Part shown: positions 25,591-39,600 of the stretch, in pieces
Layout: the number at the start of each line of letters is the position of its first letter
How positions within the stretch are numbered: position 1 is the first letter of the stretch
Assembly (NCBI GenBank): GCA_973895155.1
Contig: OZ316891.1
Span: 8,371,875-8,435,874, forward strand
DNA from: Marsupella aquatica
Lineage: Eukaryota > Plantae > Marchantiophyta
Direction: 5' to 3'
Length of the DNA: 64,000 nt
Notes under the pieces: model-generated
Seen by the model: the letters and a program-made list of their open reading frames with translations, nothing else
What the model was told of the DNA's origin: nothing
Databases searched by the model: none
Position numbers and translations under genes: made by a program

Positions 25591-25685
25591 GGCATTTGAC
25601 TAGAGCAGCTCACTCACATGAAGATTGATAGGTATTGGGTTCAACACTAATGACTGACTATTCCCTTTGTGGGTTTCACATATTT
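25591..25685 (+). mobile_element. Degenerate SINE family B copy
   Basis: agctcact..gatt(g/c)ataggtattgggtt..ttgt(a)gggtttcaca is shared with 8186-8323. Confidence 0.45.
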
Positions 25686-26149
25686 CCCCTTAAAGTTTTT
25701 TGGACCTTTTTGGCACTTTGGTCCTGGCTTTTGGATTATATGTTTGGTTTTCTCCTCTTTGTTGGGTCTCCTCGCTTTCCTGGGATGTGTCTCCTGGTTT
25801 GGTATCTTTTGTTTCTTGCCCCACTTCTTGGCTCTGTGATATATAAATATAGTAAGGTCCTGTTCGGCTGTAATTAAAAAATAGGGCTTCAAACTAAACT
25901 TTGAGGGGCTTTTATGGTCAGTGATACCATTAATAATACACTTAGAGGCCTAATAGATTATTTATGTAGTAATTTTTTACTAAAATCAGACAGGAATTTT
26001 TATAATGAGCTGATCCAAATATTGACTCTCCATTCTTCTTTGACCGCTCTGAAAATATTACTGACAGGAGAAAAATCACAGAAGGCATTATGTAGTAAGG
26101 TCCTAGAAGAGGGCATTGAGTCGAGGCCTTAATGCACAAAAAAGGGATT

Positions 26150-26216
26150 TAGCTCAGGTGTTGAGGGGCTACTATTGCCCATAATGACCCCTAAAAGCCC
26201 TAAAAGGGCGCTCATA
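26150..26216. repeat. Dispersed repeat, inverted homolog of ~18665-18720
   Basis: The reverse complement cattatgggcaatagtagcccctcaacacctgagc matches cattatgggcaatcatagccccttaaaacttgaacc. Confidence 0.55.
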
Positions 26217-27742
26217 TCCCGGCTCATATGCTTAATAGATTTTTATTTAACTATTTTTAGTAAACTAAAGGAGAGTTTCATAATTCCCCAATCCAAATCT
26301 GTAGTGTGCATTCTTTCCCATAAAAGCACAAAAATGGCAATCATGAGAAAAATTTAAAAATGCATTCAATACGTGAAAAACAGTAAATCTAAGCTTAGGT
26401 TTGTGTTTAAGTGTGAAGAAAGGAGAGCCAGAACAGTCAGAGTGAAAAATCTTTCAGTAAATTAAATGTATCAAGTATTGTTATTACCAGGGTATTTTTG
26501 GCCCTCAAAACTGTTCCTAAGTAACAAATGCCCCCCAGGACAGCATTTCAAGGCCACAAAGGCGATTTAGATGTCACTTTCACTAAACAATGAGAGGAGT
26601 CCAAAAGGCGGCAGGAGCGGAAGTCATGTACAGCATTTTCAAGGTGAATTAAACTAAACAAGGAGAGAAGTTCGAATTTTTTTAAAAGGCAGCAAGCTCA
26701 GGCAACCCAATGGGATTCAGTCATCATGGATGGAGTACACTTACAGTAAGGCTCTTCTGTTCTTACTTCCTATAAAGTAAGGTACGTCAGTGTTTTTTTT
26801 CCTCCTTCCCAGTGACAATCATTTTCATGGATTTAACTGAATTTTTCTGTAAAGAGGGGAATCATTTTAACGTTGGTTCCAAGATCAAAGTAAATAGAAC
26901 TACGAGGAAGATTGGGAATCCAATTATCCACAAAAACTCCCATGGTAATTAGTGTCTGCTTCACCTCCCTAGTTGTGTTTAATGATATTTGAAGAAGCCA
27001 GGATGACTGTTTCAGCTAATGATGTATTCATTTTTCTTGAAGTCTCAAAAGGGATTTGTATAAAACCAAGGGAAGCCTAAACAATCTGTGGACTCCGAGG
27101 TTATAAGGACTAAGCTCTCCGAAACTCCAGAACTAAAGTCAATTCAGTAGAGTAGAGGGTGTGGTTTGCAAACTTAACCCTCGGGGATGCTCAGATAACC
27201 AAGCAATATTTAAGGACCTGGCAGGTAATATTACTTAGTAGGCCATCTTAGTGAGATGCACAAATACTTAGAATTAAAAAGAAATAACTCATTCAAAAAT
27301 ATCAATATCCAAGGAATAATTGCACGAGGGATCAGAATTTAAAAGATTGGGTACAGGACAAATATATTTGTTGGAACCCAAAGGTTAGGTCAACATCCAA
27401 CCCTAGTTAGGGAATTAAGGTAGTTACTATGACTACCACTGTATGTATACCTAGAGTGGTATTAGTAAATCTCCATGAATGGATGAATCTGCATGGATTA
27501 TTGGCGGATTTGACATTTTCTCTGCTAAGAATTATCTCCACCTCTCAACAATACTCATATTTTATAAAAAAACACTACTCGATATCTGTAGCTGGGTGGT
27601 TTCCTCACAAAACAGATCTCACCCACACCCCCTCCCAGTAGAAAACAATCATGTATCAATCCCATTATGTACATTGAAGGGGGCTGGAATTGTGTAGAAG
27701 AGAATGTATTCTTTCTCGTCAGTGAGTAATGATTACAATTCC

Positions 27743-28135
27743 ACTCCACTTGGTCAGTTGGCCAGGGGGTTGAGCCTAGAACCAAGTGAGAGATCCCAGG
27801 TTCAATCCCCCTCCACATGCAAGGGGTGTGCAGAGGGTATGTGTGTATGGTGTAGGTCCTTGTTTGTCCTCAGAGCTTGGCTAGTCCATTTATTTTGAGA
27901 CCCTGGTTTAACCTTTTGTCTTTCCTAGTCTGGGACCTCCTTGTTGATTCTGGTATTGTCCCCTTCTGACTATCCTAAGTAAATTGCATATTCCAGAGCA
28001 CACCATCTATCCTCTTTTGGATGGGTCTCAGTTGTCCCCTTGGGACTACCCTATATAGAATTGCATATTCTAGAGCACAACATTTATCCTCTCTTGGATG
28101 TGTCTTCTTCCGGCTCCTGAACACAATAATCAATC
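27743..28135 (+). mobile_element. Near full-length tRNA-derived SINE (family A)
   Basis: A-box TGGTCAGTTGG (27751-27761) and B-box GGTTCAATCCC (27799-27809). Body is homologous to 12533-12851, with a duplicated 3' segment and an A-rich end. Confidence 0.75.
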
Positions 28136-31100
28136 ATTCTTCAGACCACGCAAAATAACTACATCGAAAATGAATTGAGTGCTTGAGATCAAATCCTTGT
28201 GAACAGTTTTACACCTAGCTGATCTACAAATTCCCCAGCGTTCTTATTGGGTTTAGTTTCGATTTATTGGGAGAATCTGGCGTCCCGTTTGGCGTATGGA
28301 TTGGGCTGTAGGACTTCCAAAAATCTGTAGTGCTCGCGTGCAAAGTGAATAATCTGGTGAATAATCGTAGCACTCAAACGAGCAACCTACAGGACTTCAC
28401 GTCCATGGTGGTGAGCAACGCATGGTCCCTGTCACCCAACGTAACGTTTCCCATGAAATTTATTGGCTGACATCTGAAGAGCATCAGCATCTCCAGCACT
28501 TGACCTGCTACAAGAACACCAACTCCACGCGCGATGCCTGGCATGTATTCTGAATCAGTTCCCCTGGGCTTTTGAGATTAACGATGGCGGGGCTAGAGTG
28601 CTAAATTGTTGCAATTCTGACTGCGTCAGTCTTCTGGTCGGGGCAGATGGAGATGCTAAGATCGAACATGCCTCCGTGAGTTCCATCAACTCAACTACTC
28701 AAAGGTCGCTCTATGTATTTACGCCCAGCTATCCTGCATTTTGATAGAAAGGAGGTCTACATTATTTCTTTCAACTTTTGTTCCTGTCCTATCTGAAACT
28801 TAATTGCACTAGGCGTTATGATGCCTACCGGTATCATAACACCTAGCAACAAACCGGCTTTACATGTCCTGTAATTTGGGTGGATGATGACGTATTGCGA
28901 TAGATTAGCACCTCACAATGAAAAAAGTGAAAAGGAGAAAGCAAACGCACGTTTTTATATGCATTCTGTCTAGACAGTACATGATTAAGAGACGAACTAC
29001 AGTAGTTTTGCAATTCCCAAATTGGCAACTCAGGGACGGTTTGGGTTCGACGCCAGCTTGCTTGTTCCTATCTTTTGCCTCAAACTCGAGGTCAGGATCT
29101 TGACTCCTACTCTCACATGAAAATGAACGGTCTCCTTTTCCTTTTTGGTTTCCCTTCCTTTCCCTTCCTTTTCGTTTCTCACTTTAGTCATCCTTTCGGC
29201 TTTATCCTTTTCTCTCAGTTGAACAATCCATTCTTTTTGCAAATTTCCGTCGGGAGGGTTTGAGGGTGGATGAGCTGTTAACTGATATACTTAGGCGCTT
29301 GCAAGAATGCAACTATTGTAAGAGCTTAGCAACAAGGAGGCAAATTTAGCCTACTTAATATGAGTATATATCATTCCAACTATCCATTCAGAGTTGTCCT
29401 TCAGAACTGGAGCCATCAGCACTTCTCAAATTCTTTTTTTGCAGCTCAGACTATGACATAAGTCTTCATTCAATTCGTCACGGTCTCCTAAGTAACAACT
29501 GTGCATAGAATCTACAGTTCTAGAGAACCTGGCCTTGTTGTGTTGTTAATTATACCTTTGAATCTATCAGTCTGATCGACGATCTCACTCGACTGAACAT
29601 TCCGACCTTCTGTCAAGCTATATATCTTCTCAGTTGAGCATTTAGAAAGAAAATTATGGTTCGCGTCAATAATTGAAAATGTACCAAGACGTAGTGGAAA
29701 TGCGCCATAGTTTTCGTATGTTGTAGAAACCTTCATCTACTAGCTGCCTCTCGACGCAACATGGCACAAAACAAAGCCTTTCAAATATCACACTAAGCGA
29801 GATTGAACTAAAAGAGAATCTTCGAGTCTCAGCTGTTGGTTGCGAAACGATCCAAACTATTCTCCTTCTCCAACTCTGGAGAATCTGAAGGTACACAGAT
29901 CGAAGGTTTGGACCTGGATGGTTTCCCTTGCTACTGTCCGGAGCAAACAGTTAAATTTCAGTGGGCATTTGAGCTAATGAACCATCGATCAAACCTCCGA
30001 CCGTGGACAATCATGACTCTACAGTAATTACTCGACTCACTGTAGGTCACCAAAAGGACTCTGAACAGGTGAAAAGGCCTTCCTCAGTCGCCTTCCTCAG
30101 TCTAGCGCTGTAGGTCAGAGAATGTAACGGGTTTCAAATGAACGACGGACAAGTAGCTAGAGAACTCCTTTCCCAGTCCAGCGCTGTGGCGTAGAGAATG
30201 TGAGGGATTCTGAGCACATAAAGATGGCTAATCCACTGTACTGGTTGGAGTGTTTGTGGATGAATTGTCAGTGCCATACAAATCTACCACGCGCGGATGA
30301 AAATTTCCGTACGAATAGAAAAGAAGTGTTCCTAGGCTCGACGAGAACCGTGCCCACTCACGAACAAAAGGTGAAGGGAGGAGCCCGCGGGAACGGAGAG
30401 AATCTAGCTTTAATCATGTGTGAGCATGTTTTGTCATACAACAGCTGGCCATGTCGATGTCAGAAAGATAAGAGGCTCTCGAAACGACGACGCGAAAGTG
30501 CGGAGTCAATGAAGTAAGTTGCCGTTCTAAAAGTAAAGCAGTCCAAGCTTCAACAGAAGAAAGTCATGCACTTCTAGCTAGCTTCAGCCCTAATCATTTC
30601 TGCATTCATCTACTGTAGTGGACAACGGAATCCAATTTCCTGATGCATGGTATTAGCGAAATGAATGCTCCTTCGAATTATGAGGCGTTGGACAAAGCGC
30701 GAGAATCCGGGTGTAATTCAACATCGGAGTCAGACCGACGTATGTTAACGTTGTCGATCATTATGCATACGGGAATGATGAGATCGATGTGCTTGGCACT
30801 TGGTGGCAGCCCTGAATTGATGGATCGATTCGGGAGGATCCGACGATCACCGAAAAGCAAAGTCTGTAAAGCTAGAAGATACTGCCTTTGTGTGGCAAGA
30901 AGATGTTGGAAGTCATGAGAAAATCCGGGTCCGTTGGTCAGTCAGTCCATTGTCCGGCTGACGTAGCCCCAGCAATGCAGAGGGATTATTGGGGGGTTTG
31001 AGCTGCATGCAAGTATTCAGGCAGGGATATGGCATCGCAGTCGATCCGTTAGTAGGCCCCCAGGAAAATTGATACAATACGAATCTTCATCTAGCAAAAG

Positions 31101-34100
31101 CTTCAGTAATCTACACTAAGTGAACACATTGATTGTGAAATTCACAACGACGACTACGATCACAAAACAACTAACCGTCAAAAGAGCAGCAAGCATCATG
31201 ATAGTTACTTAAGGGTGTGTCAGGAGACAAATCAGCATGGGGATCGAGGGAGGGTGCAAAGCTTGAAGTGGGTCCCGGTGATTTGTATGTACGACCATCT
31301 GGAGGCCGGAGCAACCTGTCCAGGTACAGGTACAATACTTTGTGCATGCTGGACGTGCCTGTCAGACTTGTGGAGTACTCGATTGGAGGCAAAAGCTAGT
31401 TTCCACACCAAAGCATGATTCACCTGCTCTGTATGATGTACAGTACTTAGAGCTCATACACAGAATTATCAAATGATTTTTCCTTTTGGACCTCTGACTG
31501 TTGTTTTCGAAACAGACTCGATTACTTCTTACCGCGTTACTGTAGCCGACGTACAGGCTATCGCGCTTCTTGCACAACTTGCTCTCACTGTTCGCCTTCT
31601 CATCTCTGACCAAATAAGCTTAGAGGGTATTGATGAATGAAATTTAAGGGAATCTTTCCACGCCAAAAACAAACGAGGTTATTAGAGGATGTGAGATACA
31701 ACTTCGGTATGAAGTGCTAGTAGGTGGTAATCATTTGAGAAGTCGATGCATGAGAAACAGTCCGAATCTTAATTGCAGAGATATGCACAGATGCATACTT
31801 AGTCTGCAGAATTGCACTAACAAAATGGGGAGGTGCATGATCTTCGCAGAGGGAAATCATAGAACGAAGGGAACTCAGCTGAAGGATATTGAATTATTGA
31901 CTCCAGTTAGTGAGTGGGATCCTAGCTCCGCTCGATCGATTCATGTGCCGTTATAAGTGCAGTCTGACATGGGACCGAAGCTCAGGACGGTATATCATTA
32001 TGTGTTTGCAATTGAAAGGTCGTCTAGAAACGAAATGGTTCCAGAAAGTCACACATAATCCACGAAAGGAACGTCCGTAAGTCAAACTTTAGTACATGGT
32101 TGAAGTCTGAAGATCGACAGAATCGAATGCCAAAGGTAAAGTGCTTGCAATTATCATCCCCATGCAAGCAGCTGCGGTGGTCGAAACGAAGGAGTTGAAA
32201 GAAATCAACTTTATAAAATGCCTAAAATGCATGTGGCGAGAATATCCAAGCAGCAGTCTTATTATTCCTTGATTAGTGTAATACAGCAGAACATGCTCTC
32301 TATCATCGAAAGCGGCGAGCATCCCGTACACCAGAGGTTACTTGTGCAGGGTCATGCATTCACAGATTTTGTCATTTCTTTCGACATTGTTTTCACAATC
32401 GATCAGTGGGTTGCATGCTACCATGCAAAGACACTAATCATTCTATCAGATCGGAGTAAAACAGCCAGGCGTTTCTTTCGATATAATTGAGTCTCTCCAT
32501 CAGTCTCATTATTCCCAGTTGACCAACACTTTAATTAGTAACTAGAAAACAATGTATGTAGTACATCTGACGAATGTCTGAGTCTCTTTTATGCCTGAAG
32601 TCTCAAAATCTTGATAGTGCACTGCAGCATATAGACTCCTACTCCCAGTGACAATTATCTATCGATCTACCAGTATCGTGACAGACTTCGAAAATGTTCA
32701 TGTGGTGGAAGTCGATACATAAAGTCAAATTACAAGCTCTGCCATGGATGGAAACAAACAAAGATCTGTTAGATCGATCACGTCAGACCTATAAGACTCG
32801 CAGAAGCCCATGCAGTAGTGGCTCGATCGAGGCGAGTAATTTAATAAATGTGCGCCCATCGTGTCCCCAAATTAACCTGAGAATCTTGCTTCGTACTGGG
32901 TATCACGAGGCATGTACCACGCCGTATGCTTGAAAAATCTGAAACACGACAGGCGGCCCGGTGGAATTTTGTGGACACCTGATCGATAAATTGTGAGCAA
33001 TCCGTGTTCATCGACAGTTAGGTGAACTATAACCACTGCATGTGTTCAGATCTCGAGCTTCTGCCCTCCCGTCCATCAATGCCTGTATACTTCCTCTGCA
33101 TGCCAACCCAGCGTTGCTTCCGCACGAAACTTGAATGTTTTGTACGGTTTGATGATCGAAGATCCACTATTTACATACAATTGTTGCTTTTTCAGGTGCA
33201 ACACCAGCCTAGCTACCGTCTTGTATCAGTACATTTAATTTGTCCATATTGTATCGAGCTACATATCTATATGAAAATATGGAAACGAAATCAAAACTTT
33301 CATGTGCCAAGATGCATGATGCCTTTGAATCGATACAATCGGGGATACAATGCGGAAACGAGGGTTGAATGGGGATCGATACTTCAGGTCTCCAGGCCAA
33401 GGCGCACGTCTCGCACTGAAAGGTACCGTGCCGTAATGAATGGTTTATAGATCTCACCATTTTGGATTCTGCCGAGGAGATCCAGGTCTGAGTGGTACAT
33501 TCTTGGCGAACTGTGAACAGGACACTACAAAGTACGCTACAGATGACTCACTGGATTGCACATTCACAACCTAGCACCAGAGACGAAGGACCAGAAGATG
33601 AAGAATTTACAGCTCACATTACACCCCTTAATTTCAATTTATTGTACTATCTTCTTCTGTCTCTATTGTATATGATTGTGCCCTTCACTCGAGTGTCATA
33701 TATGTGATGCCAATTAATTCAAGAACCGAAATCATACGAGTCCTCTCTGTTAGTACTCTCAAGCTACATAAAATTATATATAGATCGGTACGGTTGGCGT
33801 CTATCATATTGGGGTGACCGCATGGAATGGAATCAAATCCGACCGACACTCATTCTCATGGACATGAACTGCATTGCATTGTTTAGTGCCCGGCATAAAT
33901 GAAATGAACTAGCTGTACGTCGGTCAATAGCGTGAAGTTCTGGTCCCACATTTTCTAGAATTAATTGAACTTATTGATGAAGACATTCCATTCAGTGCTC
34001 ATTCCAGCGACACAATCGAGTTTCTGTCGACACAGTGATTGATATTGCTCCAGCTCTCGCTCTAGAGAGAGAGCCGATTGACGACAAGGAAAACCAAAGT

Positions 34101-35626
34101 CCTCTGGAAATATACTGGCTGTTCTTAATTGATGTGGCGATAGATTTTCTCACTGTCTATAGCATGTAGCATAAATGATGTGAATGTGTTTTGTGAGAGT
34201 TATCAGCAGACCTCGATTGACACTGGTATTCCCTCAGTGAGTGGATTAATCAGGAATTCCTGAGCGGAACAAATTGGACAGGCGGCATCAACGGCTTTAC
34301 TTGAAGCTACCATAGTTATAGATGGTACGTACGACTCAGATGAAATCTCTAAAAAGATATCCAAATTTCACACGGGACACACAAATTTGGTATATATTTG
34401 TTCCATTTCATGCACTGGTGAAATCAAAGTAGGGCCGATACTAGAGCGATTTGAGACACAATACTGTCTACAATTCAATCCTGAAGCTAGTAACTAGTGT
34501 TATGAGATTTTACACTGATGGTGTAAGGGGGCGGGGGTAGAATAATGTAGGTTCCTTTTCCTTTCTATCTGTCTGACTATATCTCCTCAAGCTAGTCACT
34601 AGCTACTCCTATGAGCGTTTACACTGATGTGCACTCTGGAGTGAGTGGGGGGCCAGAATCATGTAGGTTCTTTTTGCTATATATATATATATATATATAT
34701 ATAATATCCCAAAGGAGGACTGCCCAATCAAGTTGTCCATTGGGCTTGCTAGAGAATTTATTGGAGGATGATTGGACATGGCTCTGTACGACTCTAGTGT
34801 CGTGATTTCTCCCCTTTATTGGGTCTCTTACCTTTTAGCTCTTTTTGTTCCTGGCTTGGCTCTGATATGTACTCTGACTACTGATAAGTGTGTCGTTCTC
34901 ACCAACGGACTTTTTATTAGAATTCCTCCTATATTTTTGTGAGCTACCTTCTAAAAGTTCATTAACACAAAGAAGCCAATGTAGAGTGACCACTCTGAAG
35001 CCAATGTAGAGTGACCACTCTAATGCTGCCATTTGCTTTCAGTGGCAAGTATATAAGGAGAAATCATGCTATATGATGTATTTCTGTGAGTCTATTGGTG
35101 ACTTGCATGCCATGAGCATTTTGAGGGAGAGGGGGCTCATGGAAATGGGACATCACATGAGAGAAGGTCATTTAAATCATTTCTGAGATTGTTTTTTAAT
35201 AAATTGTCATAAAAATATAAGCCTATCTATGTTTCTGTCAGGTTTTGAGGGAGTTCTGATTTGGGTTCTTGGCCCCTGGTTGGGGCCCGGTTGAGATTCT
35301 CCTCTGTGCCTTTTTTGGGCTGCTTGTTTCCCCCTTCCCGTGGGGATTTCACAGATAAAATTATATAAAAGAAAACCATTTCAAGGAAAAATAAAAGATT
35401 GTTTAATTGCAAAATACAGATGTGATTGGTATCAGTAAAATTTTATATAAAGTGACTTAGGAAGGTGGTAAATGACCCAAACCGTCGCACGTGATATAGT
35501 GAACTCACCCCCCCCCCCCCTTGGGTTCTCTAGTTGCCATTCTTTTGGGCATAATACTTACCTTGCCACTAAGTTTTTCCTATTTATCACAGTGTCATTG
35601 TTTTCATTGTGGGTTAAGAAATTAAC

Positions 35627-35953
35627 CTGGGTTAGCCCCTTCACATCCAATGGTTGGCATTGCACTGAGTTTACAATCAAACTACCTACCTGGGTCTTCC
35701 TCAAGGTGACTTTGACCACCTTGAGTCAATTGACTGAGGGGCAAGTGGTCTGGTGGTCTGGTCCTCCCATTCTATGCACAGTCTTTGTCAAAGGCCAGCC
35801 TGTCCCTACACATGATTAGCCTCTGTTTTTTCCTGCCATGGGTAGTCAAAGTCATTTTTTATTAGGAACTTGGGTGTCAAGGTCACCTTGAGTAAGATTG
35901 GACTAGGTGGAATGATAGCCATTTAGATGTGAAAGAGCACAATTGACATCCAG
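35627..35953. mobile_element. ~330-bp MITE with long diverged TIRs
   Basis: ttcacatccaatgg...ctcaaggtgactttgac (35640-35717) is mirrored by gtcaaggtcaccttgag...ccatttagatgtgaa (35876-35933). Confidence 0.6.
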
Positions 35954-37049
35954 CTTATGAAAATGTTACCCTAAACCCTAATACATGAGCACACGATGAT
36001 TACTAACCAGGATCAGAGTCGGGAGACCTGAGAATGTTTCAACTCAAAGCATTTTACTCCAGCCTACAAATGATATTCTACAAGCGTCATCCGGTGACTC
36101 CAAGAATTGAATAAAGTAAACAAGGAACTCATAACTTGTCACTCAAATGCAATTGGATGAAGAACAATGAAAGACTGTTTTGCACGGACCCCACAAGACA
36201 TTGGTGCTCTTGTCCGTGCCTCTTGTGGTGACATCTAGGACAGAGAACTTCATGAAACATTGGCAGGGCCTCCTATTTAGGAGATGAACAGACATACATT
36301 ATTACTGTTGTGTAACCTTTTCTACTAGGTGCCACCATTTCCATAACCCTGTGCCCAGAAAGTTTTGCCTCGTGGTTATCAGGGTCGCAACAGACTAATA
36401 ACCCCAGACCAAACAATCATTACCCTATACTTATTGGAAATGAACGAGGCCCCACTATTTGACTGAGTGAACTCTTGCTAAAACAAGGCAACACCTCGGA
36501 AGGATGTTTTTTTATGAGTCATGACTGTTAAGACTAGAACAATTTCAATCTCCAGAAATGATTGAGCCTTTGTTTGTGCCCAAATGCAGAGTACAGATTT
36601 CTTTTGTTTAATGCACTGTAGTATCATCTTTTTAATAATCTCGATTCTGGACGGTCTATGTGACCACCGTACCCATGCCGACGTCGCCTTATATAACGTG
36701 AATTGTTGGAAAGTTCTCTCGTTAGTCAAGTATAGTAAGAATTTTACTAAAGTAAGATGTTAGCTTTCAACTGGACAGTTTCTGCAAGCTAAATAGCGTG
36801 TTGTGTTTTTGCTGATACCGGTGCATGTCGACTCCATCTGATGAGGGAAGGATAAAGGAATGCCTTGAATGCCGGGCTGGATTTTAGGCTAGAAAGGGAG
36901 GAAAGTACTTTAGGACATCAGGATTCTAGAATGGATGTGCAGAGAAGAAAATTACCTCAGTGTTCTCCTTCGAATTACAGTTTGTTAGATTTGTCATCCT
37001 TTCTGTTTCGTCCCTAGTTAATGCCGCATTTTTGGACTGACTGATCCAG

Positions 37050-39600
37050 TTTCCATTCGAAGCCCATTGATCCTGATGGTCTTAAATCTTTCTGTATTGT
37101 ATTTCTGTTGGTCACTTGATCCTCTGGAAAAACATGGTTACAAAATTGTAGAGTGTTGGATCACTGTAGGATAGGGTAACTCAGCCCAACATTTTCTGCT
37201 AATAAAAACAAACTTGGTGATATGCCCGTTCCTATTATTGATACTAGGTTTCATTAACTGCCCGAAGGGCAACATTCAGGCCAAAAGACAGAAACAGAGG
37301 ACAAGATGCACCAAGCTCACTCTGGTGGTCGTGTTCACAGTGATAATGCAGATCACCTTATCAATTGTAGCACTGTGTTACATGTTCTTGCGAGTCCATT
37401 TATTTTATCGAAATCTCTTCCGAGAATTCTGCTCACACAATCTTGGAAGTCTCAGACGGACAACTGCAAATGTTTGAATGAGGATTGAACCAACTTTGAA
37501 TGACCTGGAACCGATTTATCGATTTGAAAGACTGAAACAAAACAGGTAGGTTTGAAATAGAGGTTAATAAGCATAGATCTAGACATTCAACTGTACAACC
37601 AGCTACCGAACTGTAATGGAGACTCCTCAATTGATAAAAATTGCACTTGTTGTACAAGTCCGCTAATAACTTTGTGAGGCGATCGGTATTACCCACACCA
37701 CAAAAGATTGTACGTTGAAAGCTTAAGAAAGTGTTGGTCAATGTCTACGCCCATGCTACATTGCACTAAATTGTGAGAAACAATCTCTGGACCCCCAAAC
37801 ACCTATAATAAACATGGGAATTAACACGCTTTCTAAAAAAACGTAAAATATGAAAAGATCGAGTGAGCAAGACACAGCAATTAATTATATAGATGCGCAA
37901 ATGGAAAACGCTATCAGCTTCTATTGTTCCGAAGGCAGGTTTTTTGGCTAGATTACAACCCCTTGGCTCACAATGACATGGCTCGACTTTCCGTTTTTGA
38001 ATCCGGGTCGTGAAGTCGACGATCAAATGAGTTTCAATCAATCTCTCTGCTCAAATTTATGGATGACTGCGAGAAAAGTAGTGCTTCAAGAGGATGAGAT
38101 TACTAGAGTGAAACTTGTAGAAGGAATCATGCGCAATCTAGTGGCGACTCAGTCTAATCAAATTAGCAAACTAATCTCACCCGTCAAAGTTGAAATTAAA
38201 TTTTGTGTGAGCATATATATTGTCGATATTAATCTCACCATGGCGTGCCCTATGATGGTTACTCAGGGGACACGAGTCTCTGGCACTTGGTTTGTCTTTA
38301 GCCGTAGTGATCTTGGAATGGCTAAAGAAGTCTGAATGTGCGGTTTGCAGGTGGAGATAATGAGCATGCGAGCATGAGCACCCAGCGCTCATTGTAAGTC
38401 TCGAGTTCATCAACATCCTGTACCGGAGGAATGGCGGTTCCTTCAACGTATTTCCAGACACTACCAGCAGCCAGGCTCTCAGAGAACATTATCTGCCAAG
38501 CTTTATAGTTTGATCGAATTGCCTTCAAGTTTTGGAATCAAATGACTCCAGTCTCGATAAGAAAATGAAGAGATCGAGAGAAGAAGTAATTCTAGCAGGA
38601 AAGAACGCAAGTATAGTTAACAAAAATTATGTATTCAACAAGATGGAGTCTTGTGACAGTGTGAACACTGTTGTCTCGTGAACCTGGGAAGACGTCAGAT
38701 TTTCCCTGTGGTTGCTCAAACGTCAAAAAAACCTTTTAGCATTTTAGAATCAGTCTATAGTTTGACATTGTAAATTCCCGCGTGAGCAATTGAGCATTTT
38801 CTTGCCACGTGGTGCAAAACTTTAGAGTCCCTAGAATGCAGCTCTTTACTATTAGCTTACGTTCGGCTCTCTCGATCGCCAGACCATCCTGTCTCAACTT
38901 GTATTTTATTGCAGTTATATCTCCGAGCTTTTCATGTCTTTTGAGCAACATTCATATGAAAAGAACAAGCTCTGTTTTCTGTCGTTCTTTTCATATGTCA
39001 GCTCTTCATATTCGTCTCAATGAACAGAACTTGGGTAGCTTGTTAAGTCTCCTTCTCTCGTCTTTTTCGAGGGACAGTCGTTATAATAGAAAACTATGCT
39101 TCAAGAGTCCCCGCAGTTCTTTTATGGAATGCCGAAGTCGAGGTAACGTGAAACGAGAATGCCCGATGTTGGTTTGCATTCAGAGCTTTTAAAGTGGTCA
39201 GCATGTCTTACGTGTAGGTCTCGATAAGAAAATGACATGATTGAGAGAAGAAGTAATTCTAGCAGGAAAAAACGCAAGTACGTATGCACCAAGACAATTG
39301 TCTTCAGAAGAATCGAAAAAAATTGTAGGCCCATACCGTGTGGAAGAGTTGACAGTGTGCGCAATCATCCCTGACAGATTACGCGCAAACTACTGTAGAA
39401 CTGAGCTCTGTGTAGGCTATTCAATACATCGGAGATCTAGAAAGATATTGACGGTCGGGAACAGGATATACGAACAGGTCGAGCAAATTAGAGACGATGG
39501 CATTCCCTGCCCCAAGCTTGCATGCAATAATTACGAGGTTCAAGCCCATTGCGCTGCTAAGTGGATGTTGCTGTTTTCCCTTGAATCAATTTAATGCCAA
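37050..39600 (-). mobile_element. Highly decayed Ty1/Copia LTR retrotransposon
   Basis: Gag N-terminus IPKLEG/SNYKAWQIMFSESLAAGSVWKYVEGTAIPP (~38370-38545); gag core AIKYKLRQDG..IVKSCILGTLKFCTTWQE..FTMSNY (38736-38951); RT-like SHVYYRCLGVQRLFLTI. A minus-strand ...TTCCACA is followed by PBS-like CGGTATGGGCC (39325-39345). Outer boundaries are approximate. Confidence 0.6.

Noticed and set aside
27743-27815. tRNA gene
   Set aside because: A and B boxes are present, but there is no convincing acceptor stem and it continues into a repeated SINE body.
28325-28392. Possible pre-miRNA hairpin
   Set aside because: Only short outer stems pair, and I recognise no known miRNA.
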